From Deltaproteobacteria bacterium (GTDB lineage: Bacteria; Myxococcota_A; Polyangia; Polyangiales; Houyiibacteriaceae): a DNA stretch of 36,910 bases. This document shows positions 18,292 to 26,569 of this stretch, piece after piece (position 1 is the stretch's first letter; every line of letters starts with the position of its first letter). The stretch is from the NCBI GenBank assembly GCA_034670305.1, contig JAXMNT010000067.1, positions 1 to 36,910 on the forward strand. The letters are read 5' to 3'. The position numbers and the translations under genes were made by a program. The notes below the pieces were generated by a model that had not been told where the DNA came from, made no database searches, and was given only the letters and a program-made list of their open reading frames with translations.

Positions 18292-19680
18292 ATGAGCGGC
18301 AAAGACGACAAGAAGAAGCTGTACGAAGAGATCGTCGCGAACACCGACGACGCGATGTTGCTCGACCGGATGACCGATCTCGGTTTCTGGAGCTACGGCG
18401 ACGACATCCCGGACGACCCGGCCGACGAAGCCAAGGAGTGGAACGAACTCGAGTACGAGATCGCGAAGCTTCGGAAGAAGTCCGCCGTCGTCGCCGATCC
18501 GCAGAAGGCGCTGGCGGCGGAGCGGGTCCGGCGCTGGAACGAGTCCAAGACCCGGCGCGCCAAAGCCAAGATCGAACGCGACATCGCCAAGAAGGAGCGC
18601 CGCCAGAAGTGGGAAGACTTCAAGGCGACGCGGCTCGTCACGGCGGGGCACCCCGAGGTGTCGGCCGGGCTCGAGCCGAACCCCAAAGACGCACCGAAGT
18701 GGCTGCCGGGGCTTCCGCAGATCGCCACGCCCGAAGCGCTCGCGACCGCGCTCGGTCTCACAATCGGCCGGCTGCGCTGGTTGACCTTTCACCGCAAGAC
18801 CGCGGCGCTCGTGCACTACCACCGCTTCGAGATCCCGAAGAAGACCGGCGCACCGCGGCTGATCAGCGCACCGAAGAAATCACTCAAACAGGCGCAAGGG
18901 TGGATCCTCCGAGAGATCCTCGAACGCGTGCCGACCGAAGCACCGGCGCACGGCTTCGTGAAGACCAAGAGCGTGAAGACGAACGCGTTGCCCCACGTGA
19001 AGCAGCGCGTGGTGTTGAACCTGGATCTCCAAGACTTCTTTCCCTCGCTCGGTTTTCGACGCGTGAAGGGCCTCTTCCACAAGGGGCTCGGTTATCCAGA
19101 GCCGGTCGCGGTCGTGCTCGCGCTGCTGTGCACCGAACCGCCGCGGGTCGAAGCCGAGCTCGACGGCAAAGTGTTTCACGTCGCGCTCGGCGACCGGGTG
19201 CTGCCCCAGGGCGCGCCCACGAGTCCTGCGATCACCAACCTCGTCTGCCGGCGGCTCGACCGGCGGCTCGGCGGTCTCGCGAAGTCGCTTGGGTTCGCGT
19301 ACACGCGCTACGCGGACGACCTGACCTTCAGCGGGGAACACCGCGGCAAGGTGGGGCGGCTCCTGAAGGCCGTGCGCGACATCGTGCCGGAGGAGGGGTT
19401 CAAGATCCGTGAAGACAAGACCCGCGTGATGCATCGAGGCCGGCGCCAGGAAGTCACCGGCGTCTCGGTGAACCACGCGGTGGCGGTGCCGCGGACCGAA
19501 CGCCGCTTGCTCAGGGCGATCCTCCGGAACGCGAAGAAGTCCGGCAGCCTCGCGTCGCAGAACCGCGCGCAGCACCCGAAGTTCCGGGAGCACCTGACCG
19601 GCCGCATCGCATGGGTCGCCATGGTCGAACCGCGGCACGCAGTGCCACTGCTCGAGATGCTCAAGACCATTCCGGACTAG
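18292..19680 (+). CDS. Retron reverse transcriptase with a Mx162-like N-terminal extension (462 aa)
   Basis: IPKKTGAPRLISAP, AHGF, region X NALPH, LDLQDFFPSL, LPQGAPTSPAITN, YTRYADDLTFS, region Y RQEVTGVSVN; about 140-aa charged helical N-terminal extension. The ATG at 18292 was chosen because the upstream in-frame part is the ncRNA. Confidence 0.95.
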   Translation: MSGKDDKKKLYEEIVANTDDAMLLDRMTDLGFWSYGDDIPDDPADEAKEWNELEYEIAKLRKKSAVVADPQKALAAERVRRWNESKTRRAKAKIERDIAKKERRQKWEDFKATRLVTAGHPEVSAGLEPNPKDAPKWLPGLPQIATPEALATALGLTIGRLRWLTFHRKTAALVHYHRFEIPKKTGAPRLISAPKKSLKQAQGWILREILERVPTEAPAHGFVKTKSVKTNALPHVKQRVVLNLDLQDFFPSLGFRRVKGLFHKGLGYPEPVAVVLALLCTEPPRVEAELDGKVFHVALGDRVLPQGAPTSPAITNLVCRRLDRRLGGLAKSLGFAYTRYADDLTFSGEHRGKVGRLLKAVRDIVPEEGFKIREDKTRVMHRGRRQEVTGVSVNHAVAVPRTERRLLRAILRNAKKSGSLASQNRAQHPKFREHLTGRIAWVAMVEPRHAVPLLEMLKTIPD

Positions 19681-20840
19681 TCCAACTTGGCGAGTCGTTC
19701 CTTCGCGGCTTTCCGAACGCCCGCGTCCTTGGCGCGCGACAGAAGCTCGAGCTTCTCCCGGAACGCGGGAAGGTCCGCGGGCTCCGGATCCGCGACTCGA
19801 CCGATTTCGTTTGCGACTCCCATGCGCACGTTCTTCTCCTCGGCCGCTGCGAAGCGGTGCAACAGCTCGAGCGCTTCGACGGCGCCCACATGCCGAAGCA
19901 TCGTGCGGAGCGCCGCCTGTCGGTGGCCTGGGTACGGTGACCCGAGCACTGCCTCGAGCGCCGTTCGAATCTCGTCGAACGGGAACACGCCCGCGGCGAC
20001 GGCGATCGCATGGTAGTTGGGTGCGTCCTTCTCGAGCTCCTCGCGCAGCCGAACGCGCACTCGATCCGGAAGGCCGGCTTTGGAGTTCAGACTGCTCATC
20101 CAACAGTACACGTCGATGCCGCGGTAGCGCAGTCCGGTCTGCCGGATCACCTCGTCGTAGAGCCAGTCGGGTGCCTTGCTCAGCTCGCGCAGTTGGGTGA
20201 CCGAGTTCACCCCCAGCAGCGCGGTGGGACAGACCTTCGCGATGCCCGCGTCGATGGTGTGACGCACGGGGAGATGCTTCACGTAGGGCAGCGACTCGTG
20301 GAAGCTGCGCAGCCAGAGCGTCAGCAGGGTGAGGAACGTGTCGGGCCACGGGTCGGTTGAGCGGACGCGTTTCACGTACTTCGGGATCTCTCGCGGGGCG
20401 AGCGTTCGACCCGACTTCACCGCCTCCGACCCCGCGTACGTGGCCAGGATCTGACTGTCCCAGACCATCTTCTTCTTGGGGATGCGCCGAATCTCGGCCG
20501 CCGCGAGCGCGCTGGCCGCCAAGTGACGGACCCGCTCGGCCCCGTCCTCGAGGAGCGTCTGAAACAACGGGCCGAGCAGCTTGGTCGGCAGCACGCCTGG
20601 GTGCCGTCCGTCGCCGACCTCCGCGCCGTCGGCTTCGTCCAGCCGGCCCACCACCGCGACCCGCACCGCTTCGTCCGGGTGCTCCGCCAAATGCGCGAGG
20701 ACGGCCACTTCGTCCTTCTTGTGCAGATCGAGCGCGCCCAGCGCCGCCACGGCTTCGCGCGTCGCGTCGTCGAGCAACGCGTCCAGCTGCGCCCGCACCG
20801 CGGCCATCCGTTCCCCGTAGTGCTTCTTCTGCTTCAACAT
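19677..20840 (-). CDS. HEAT-repeat-containing protein (387 aa)
   Basis: HPDEAVRVAVVGRL, GAERVRHLAASAL, EEKNVRMGVANEIG and KDAGVRKAAKERL. The start is 20840 or 20852. Its stop overlaps the RT stop in CTAG. Confidence 0.75.
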   Translation of the reverse strand: MLKQKKHYGERMAAVRAQLDALLDDATREAVAALGALDLHKKDEVAVLAHLAEHPDEAVRVAVVGRLDEADGAEVGDGRHPGVLPTKLLGPLFQTLLEDGAERVRHLAASALAAAEIRRIPKKKMVWDSQILATYAGSEAVKSGRTLAPREIPKYVKRVRSTDPWPDTFLTLLTLWLRSFHESLPYVKHLPVRHTIDAGIAKVCPTALLGVNSVTQLRELSKAPDWLYDEVIRQTGLRYRGIDVYCWMSSLNSKAGLPDRVRVRLREELEKDAPNYHAIAVAAGVFPFDEIRTALEAVLGSPYPGHRQAALRTMLRHVGAVEALELLHRFAAAEEKNVRMGVANEIGRVADPEPADLPAFREKLELLSRAKDAGVRKAAKERLAKLD

Positions 20841-21029
20841 CGTGGCGCCCATCGTACGTTTGTCGCCTGCCCCTGCCGCGAAAGTCCAGCGAGCTCTTGG
20901 CCGCCGCCGAGCTCCCTGGGCCGGCCATGTGGGCGGGGTGATCGCTCGGGACCGAAACGTGTTCTCGGCCGGGACGGGCGTGCGCTGACCGATTCGGCCC
21001 ACGAAATCCCGCGCCGCTGGGAAAGAGCC

Positions 21030-21038
21030 TGGTATTCT
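21030..21038 (+). promoter_or_regulatory. Extended -10 promoter element (TGGTATTCT) for a probably leaderless transcript
   Basis: TGn-TATTCT lies 7 nt before ATG 21046, with no SD. Confidence 0.55.
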
Positions 21039-21045
21039 CCGCGCC

Positions 21046-21633
21046 ATGGCGGTGTTTCGGCTGCGCTACGGCGCGCGCGAGGTCCATCTGCCGCTCGGCA
21101 AATTCACGATCGGCCGCGCGGCGGATTGTACGTTGCGGATTGACGATCAGTGGCTCTCCCGCCACCACGCGATCCTGCGCGTGGAGGTCGACAAGGTCGC
21201 CATTCGGGACGCCGGCTCGCGCAACGGGATCCTGATCAACGGCATCCCCATCCAGACCACCCGGTACCTGGTCGGGGGCGACCGCATCCGCCTCGGAAGC
21301 CATGAGCTGACGCTGCTGCGCGACGATGGTGTGGCGGCCCGCGCGTCGGACGAGACCCGGGACGACCTCCAGATGCTTCGCTCCGCGCCACCGCCCCAGC
21401 CGAACAACGGCGGTCCGCCGCCACCCGACGTGCTGAGCCCGCGCGAGCGAGAAGTGCTCGAGCTGCTTGCGGCCGGGCACACCCAGCGCGAGATCGCGGA
21501 GCGCATCGGGGTGGGCACGAAGTCGGTCGAGACGTACCGCTCCCGGGTGGCCGAGAAGCTCGGCATCAAGTCGCGGGCCGAGCTCGTGCGCTACGCGCTC
21601 CTGCACGGTCTGCTCCGCCCGCCAAAGACGTAG
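21046..21633 (+). CDS. FHA domain + LuxR-type HTH transcriptional regulator
   Basis: FHA motifs IGR, LSRHHA, DAGSRNG and GDRIRLG; LuxR LSPREREVLELLAAGHTQREIAERIGVGTKSVETYRSRVAEKLG. Confidence 0.93.
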   Translation: MAVFRLRYGAREVHLPLGKFTIGRAADCTLRIDDQWLSRHHAILRVEVDKVAIRDAGSRNGILINGIPIQTTRYLVGGDRIRLGSHELTLLRDDGVAARASDETRDDLQMLRSAPPPQPNNGGPPPPDVLSPREREVLELLAAGHTQREIAERIGVGTKSVETYRSRVAEKLGIKSRAELVRYALLHGLLRPPKT

Positions 21634-21681
21634 AGCGGGTTGTACGCAGCGCTGTCTGACCCCAGCTGAAGGGGACACGTC

Positions 21682-22416
21682 ATGCTCCCCGCCGGCTACA
21701 TCGTTCTCTCTGTCATGATCACAGTGATCCTCTGCGGCATCGCTTGGGTGGCGATCGGCAGGTCGACCGCCGATCCAGCCGCCGCGCGCAGGCGCCGCGG
21801 ACTGGTCGTGGGCGGTCTGCTGCTGTGGCATGCCTACATCGCCGCGATGGGCATGAGTGGGTTCCTGGCGGACTTCAGTCTGCCGCCGCGGTTCCCCCTT
21901 TTGCTGATCGCGCCCGCGTTCTTGTTCACCGCGGTGTTCGTCACGCGGCACCGCAACGCGGCATGGCTCGCGACGATCCCGGAGCACTGGCTGGTCTACT
22001 ACCAGAGCTTTCGCGTCGTCATCGAATCGCTCTTCGTGTTCACGGTCGCGCGCGGCCTCCTGCATCCAGAGGTGACGCTCGAGGGCTACAACTACGACAT
22101 CGTGTACGCCGCGCTCACACCGTTCGTCGCCTACCTCGTGTTCCAAAAGAAGGCGCTTCCGAGGGCTGTGGCCATCGCGTGGAACGTGGTCGGCTTGACG
22201 GTCATCGCGGTCATCATCGGGCTGTTCGTCACGACGATTTACGTGCCGAGCCTGTGGGGGGCGGAGGTCTCCCTCGCCCCGCTCGGGTTTGCTCGGTATC
22301 CCTATGTCCTCGTCGCAGGGCTGCTGATGCCGTCGGCCGTCTTCGTGCACGCGCTCTCGCTTGTGCAACTGACGCGGGCTGGGCGGGTGGCGAAGAGGGC
22401 GGCGGCGGTGCTCTAG
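21682..22416 (+). CDS. Integral membrane protein of unknown function (about 7 TM)
   Basis: Multiple hydrophobic helices and a conserved-looking WLVYYQSFRVVIE...GYNYDI block; GGGGA SD upstream. Confidence 0.82.
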   Translation: MLPAGYIVLSVMITVILCGIAWVAIGRSTADPAAARRRRGLVVGGLLLWHAYIAAMGMSGFLADFSLPPRFPLLLIAPAFLFTAVFVTRHRNAAWLATIPEHWLVYYQSFRVVIESLFVFTVARGLLHPEVTLEGYNYDIVYAALTPFVAYLVFQKKALPRAVAIAWNVVGLTVIAVIIGLFVTTIYVPSLWGAEVSLAPLGFARYPYVLVAGLLMPSAVFVHALSLVQLTRAGRVAKRAAAVL

Positions 22417-22418
22417 TC

Positions 22419-22603
22419 AGCCGATCCGGTGCTGACGCTGGTGCCGACGCTGATGCCGAAGCCGAAGCCGACGCTGAAGCTGACGCCGACGCCGACGCCG
22501 AAGCCGAGTCCGAATCCGAAGCCGACGCCGAGTCCGAAGCCGAAGCCGAAGCCGATTGCCGATTGCCGAAGCCGACGCCGATGCCGACGCCGATGCCGAA
22601 TCC
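22419..22603 (+). repeat. Degenerate (GCCGAA/GCCGAC/GCTGAC)n hexamer tract
   Basis: About 30 visible hexamer units starting just after the stop at 22416. Confidence 0.92.
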
Positions 22604-22624
22604 AATGCTCCGTCTTCTGACACC

Positions 22625-22685
22625 GCGCCCCTTCTCGTAGGGGCGGGTGGCCCGATGGATGGTCCAGCGTAGCGGTCGGCGGGGC
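22625..22685 (+). repeat. Conserved-core dispersed repeat, copy 2 (direct repeat of 13082-13143)
   Basis: Same sequence blocks as copy 1, also preceded by a (GCCGAA)n tract. It lacks the downstream multibranch hairpin. Confidence 0.9.
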
Positions 22686-22709
22686 CCCGTCCCTTCTTGG
22701 GCGCGCGGG

Positions 22710-24488
22710 CTACTGCCGGCGGAGGGCGTCGACCAGGGTGTTGAGTTGTTCGCGGATCCGGATGATGCGGTCGGGATCCTGTTCTTCGAGCGCGCTTCGG
22801 AACACCGCGATCGCGTGGCCGAGCTCTTCGCGCGGGGCGCCGGTGAGCTGGGTGTAGAGCGCGTCGGCGCGCGCCAACGTCGTCCGGTTCGGGAGCGTGT
22901 CGCGCGGGTGGAACTTGTACGCCTTCATCGCTTCGCGTGCTTTGGCGATGTCGTCTTTGCTCAGTTTGCCGGGCGCGCGTTCGATGACGAGGTGTTCGAC
23001 GCGGTCGCTGTCCACGAGCGACATCTCGACTTCGAGGATGCCGTTCAGATCGTAGGTGAACCGCACATCGATGGCCGCGGCGCCCGCGGACCCCGACGGC
23101 ATGTCTTTGACGACGTACTCGCCGAGGAAGGTGTTGTCTTTGCAGAGGCTGTGTTCGCCTTGGTAGATGGCGACGCGGATCTCTTTCTGCTGGTCGTTCA
23201 TGGTGAAGAACCGCTGCGACCGGCTCGCCGGGATCGTCGTGCCGCGTTCGAGCACGGGCGAGTAGAGCCCTTCGATCTGCTGGCGGCCCATCAAGGTGGC
23301 CGTCGCAATGCCCATCGAGAACGGCGCCACATCCGTGACGATCATGTCCTCGACCGCGACGTCCCCGCCCTTGAGCGCGGCCTGAACCGCGGCGCCCATG
23401 GCGACCGCTTCGTCCGCCGGCAGATCCCGCAGTGGCAGCCGTCCGAAGAGCTGCGCCGCCAGGTCGGTCACACACGGCATGCGGGTCGCGCCACCGACGA
23501 GCAGCACTTCTTGGATGTCCTTGGCCTCGAGCTGTGCGTCGCGAAGTGCGCGCAGCACCGGCGCGCGAAGCCGCTCGAGCAGCGAGCGCCAGATGCCTTC
23601 CGCTTCGTCGCGGGTGAACACCCGGTCGACGTCGATGGTCTTCTCGCCGAGCACGAGCCGCGGCACGACCAGGCGCGCTTCGGTCTCGTCGGTGAGGCGG
23701 CGTTTGGTGTCGTCGGCCGCGACGAGCAGACGGGTGTAGGCGCGCAGATCTTCTTCCGCGTCGAAGCCGTGCGCTTCTTTGAGCTCTTCGACGACCTTGT
23801 CCGCCAGCGCTTCGGCGAAGTCTTCGCCGCCGAGGCGGGCGTCGCCCGCGGTCGACTGGATCTCGATGACCCCTTCGATGATCTCGAGCACCGTGACGTC
23901 GAAGGTGCCGCCGCCGAGGTCGAGGACCACCGCCTGCATCTCCTTGTCCCGGTTGTGCAGCCCGTACGCCATCGCCGCCGCCGTCGGCTCGTTGATGATG
24001 CGTTCGACTTTGAGGCCAGCGATCGCGCCCGCGTCGCGGGTGGCCTGCCGCTGCAGATCGCCGAAGTACGCCGGCACCGTCACGACCGCTTCCGAGATCT
24101 TCACGCCGAGCGCGGCTTCCGCGTCGCGTTTGAGGGACTCGAGCACCAGCGCCGACAGCTCCTGGGGTCGAAGCTCTCGTCCCGCGATGGTGATCTTCTT
24201 GTCGGCGCCCATGTCGCGTTTGAAGAACACCGCGGTCTCTTCGGGATGGGTGACCAGCCGCGCGCGGGCCGCGGCGCCGACCAGGACTCGTCCGTCGTCG
24301 TCGAAGCTCACGGCACTCGGGGTCAGTAGTTCGCCGAGCGCGTTCGGAAGCACGAGCGGTTTGCCGCCCTGCATCACCGAGACGAGCGAGTAGGTCGTGC
24401 CGAGATCGATGCCCACGACCACGCCGACGCCCACCGGCGGGTCGGGGGTGTCAGGGTTCTTCTTGTGGAGTGGGATGACCGTCGACAT
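22710..24488 (-). CDS. hscC: Hsp70-family chaperone HscC
   Basis: GIDLGTTYS, TVPAYF, INEPTAAA, DLGGGTFD, LLVGGATRMP, and the HscC-type RFTYDLNGILEV and KFHPRD...NR C-terminus. It sits next to a DjlB-like J-protein gene. Confidence 0.88.
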   Translation of the reverse strand: MSTVIPLHKKNPDTPDPPVGVGVVVGIDLGTTYSLVSVMQGGKPLVLPNALGELLTPSAVSFDDDGRVLVGAAARARLVTHPEETAVFFKRDMGADKKITIAGRELRPQELSALVLESLKRDAEAALGVKISEAVVTVPAYFGDLQRQATRDAGAIAGLKVERIINEPTAAAMAYGLHNRDKEMQAVVLDLGGGTFDVTVLEIIEGVIEIQSTAGDARLGGEDFAEALADKVVEELKEAHGFDAEEDLRAYTRLLVAADDTKRRLTDETEARLVVPRLVLGEKTIDVDRVFTRDEAEGIWRSLLERLRAPVLRALRDAQLEAKDIQEVLLVGGATRMPCVTDLAAQLFGRLPLRDLPADEAVAMGAAVQAALKGGDVAVEDMIVTDVAPFSMGIATATLMGRQQIEGLYSPVLERGTTIPASRSQRFFTMNDQQKEIRVAIYQGEHSLCKDNTFLGEYVVKDMPSGSAGAAAIDVRFTYDLNGILEVEMSLVDSDRVEHLVIERAPGKLSKDDIAKAREAMKAYKFHPRDTLPNRTTLARADALYTQLTGAPREELGHAIAVFRSALEEQDPDRIIRIREQLNTLVDALRRQ

Positions 24489-26301
24489 CGAGCGTGCCTT
24501 CTTCGTTCAGGGTTGCAGGGTCCGATCCATCGTCCGGTTCCGCATCGGTCGGGCACCGCGCCTCGACGGTGCGGTGCAGGGCAATCTGATGACGGATCAT
24601 CAGGCTGCCGATCAGCGAGTTGTGGTTCGGTGCTTGGTTGTTGGGCGTCGTGTCCCGAGAGCGCTCCAAAACCGCACTCTCGAGTTCAGCGTCCGAGATC
24701 GCGGCGAGTGTACAGTCCTGCGCGAACAGCGCCTGCTGAAGGTTGTTGGCCAGACGGCACTCTGTCCCGCTCTGTTCCCAGAGGCAGATCCCGTTGACCG
24801 CGGACTGCACCGCGCGGTCGTCGGTGGCGCCACCGATGCCACCGAGCCCACCGATTCCGGACAGGTCGGGCACGCGGGCCGGTTGGTATTGGTAGGTCGG
24901 GATGTCGAAGCGAGGCGGTGGGCTCGAGCGGCCGCTTTGGATCACGAGGCGAAGCCCAATCACCACCAGCACCCCGGCGAGCCACGCGACCCAGGCCTTC
25001 GACTTCTTCGGTTGGGGCGGCACGATCGGTCCAGGCCAGTGATGCAGCGGCGCCTGGCCGCCGTTGAAGGCCGGCGGGAGGTTGGCGGGTGCCGGGGAGG
25101 ACCCCGCTTCCTGCAACGCGAACCGCAGGGCGCCATGAAGCGTGGGTGCGTACACCGAGAGCTTCTCGTCGACGCTCTTGCGGGACGCGGGCTGTTGCCG
25201 CAGCCAGCCGACGAGCTCGCCGTGCGCAAACGAAGGGTCGCCGTCCAAGATCGCCCGCGCGATGATCGTCAGAACCGGCACCGGGAACGTGTTCGGCAGC
25301 GCGTGCAGTTCTTTCGTCAGCGCGTAGGTCGCGCCGATCTGGGAACCACCGAGTTCGACCTCGCGGCCGCTCTCGGAGAGCCAGCTCTGCAGTCGGTCGA
25401 AGACTTCGCGCGCGGCATCGGGGAACCCGCCGCGGTACAAGCGCAGCACGAAGTCCACGGCCATGTGGATGGACGGCGCCCGCTCTTCGTTGCCTCGGCG
25501 CGCTTCTTCGATGCCCCGTCGGATGGACTCGGACGCGCCGGCTGCGTCGCCACGGCTGAGGAACGCGTTGGCAACCGTGAGCGCGTCGAGCGTGGTTCCG
25601 GCAGCCTGTCGCGCTTCGATGAGTTCGGCGGCCCCGAGCTCTTCGGGGTGCTGACGCAGCAACGGTTCGAGGAACCCCGGCAGACCGCGGGCGTGCGCGT
25701 CGCGAAGGGCCTGCGCGGCTTCCGGAATGCGCGAAGCGACGATGAGCGCCTCGTGCAACATCCAATACGCCTCCGGCTCGTCCGGCATCGCGGCCACCGC
25801 TTCGTGGCCAACCTGGACGCGCTGCGCATCGGTGGCGACCCGGCCCCGGTCGTAGAAAGTCTTCATGTCGACCGGCGCGAACGGGTCGAGGGGTGGCAGC
25901 TCGGGCGCGGGGCGTGGCGCAGGGGGCGGTGCGTCTTTCGGACCGTCGTCGAAGAGTTTGCCCTCGTGGCTGAGCTTCACTTGCTCGCCCCAGGATCGTT
26001 TCGGGGTCGACCAGCTCTTGGCGGGCTCGGCACCGAAGGGCGTCTTGGGTGCTTCTGGCGGTGGCCCCGCGTCGGGCCCGAGACCACCGCTCGCCGCCGC
26101 ATCTGCCGCGCGCTTGAGCGAGTCGATCTCCCACTGCGGCGCGGCCTTGATGACCTCGTACGCTTCACGGATCGCCTTGAACCCGTCCGGATCCGTCTCC
26201 GGCTTGTGGATCTTGAGCAGCTTCAAGTACGCGCGGCGGGCCTCCTTCGCAGGGGTGCCCGGCTCAACCTTCAGTCGCTCGTACGCTGCTCGCAGATCCA
26301 C
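24451..26301 (-). CDS. DjlB/DjlC-like J-domain co-chaperone with a TM segment and Cys-containing C-terminus
   Basis: N-terminal ARRAYLKLLKIHKPETDPDGFKAIREAYE (DjlB-type PETDP.GF); TM WVAWLAGVLVVIGLRLVI; overlaps the hscC start. Confidence 0.8.
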   Translation of the reverse strand: MDLRAAYERLKVEPGTPAKEARRAYLKLLKIHKPETDPDGFKAIREAYEVIKAAPQWEIDSLKRAADAAASGGLGPDAGPPPEAPKTPFGAEPAKSWSTPKRSWGEQVKLSHEGKLFDDGPKDAPPPAPRPAPELPPLDPFAPVDMKTFYDRGRVATDAQRVQVGHEAVAAMPDEPEAYWMLHEALIVASRIPEAAQALRDAHARGLPGFLEPLLRQHPEELGAAELIEARQAAGTTLDALTVANAFLSRGDAAGASESIRRGIEEARRGNEERAPSIHMAVDFVLRLYRGGFPDAAREVFDRLQSWLSESGREVELGGSQIGATYALTKELHALPNTFPVPVLTIIARAILDGDPSFAHGELVGWLRQQPASRKSVDEKLSVYAPTLHGALRFALQEAGSSPAPANLPPAFNGGQAPLHHWPGPIVPPQPKKSKAWVAWLAGVLVVIGLRLVIQSGRSSPPPRFDIPTYQYQPARVPDLSGIGGLGGIGGATDDRAVQSAVNGICLWEQSGTECRLANNLQQALFAQDCTLAAISDAELESAVLERSRDTTPNNQAPNHNSLIGSLMIRHQIALHRTVEARCPTDAEPDDGSDPATLNEEGTLDVDGHPTPQEEP

Positions 26302-26569
26302 GGTTCGACTACTTCAACACCCTCGAGGCCGACCGCAAGGTGCGGCGCCGCCCGGTGGCCATACGGTAGGCCGGGCACGATACTTCCTTTCTCCCGCACG
26401 ATCGAGGACCACCGAAGTCGAGGGCCACTCAACGTCTGGGTTCCAGGGGCCGGCAGGATCGGGCTCGATCCGCCCACCGCGACCTGTCGAACCTCGCGTC
26501 TCGAACGGAAGCGCGACGCCAACCGGTGCGGCTCGACCCAGCCGCTGGCAGCCCGTAAGCAGCGGCCTC

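Noticed and set aside
13298-19680. Diversity-generating retroelement (Avd-like gene plus RT)
   Set aside because: The RT has retron-specific NAxxH and VTG motifs and an msr-msd. I found no TR/VR pair differing at adenines.
18292-19680. Group II intron or CRISPR-associated RT
   Set aside because: No maturase/X or endonuclease domain, no intron domain V, and no cas genes.
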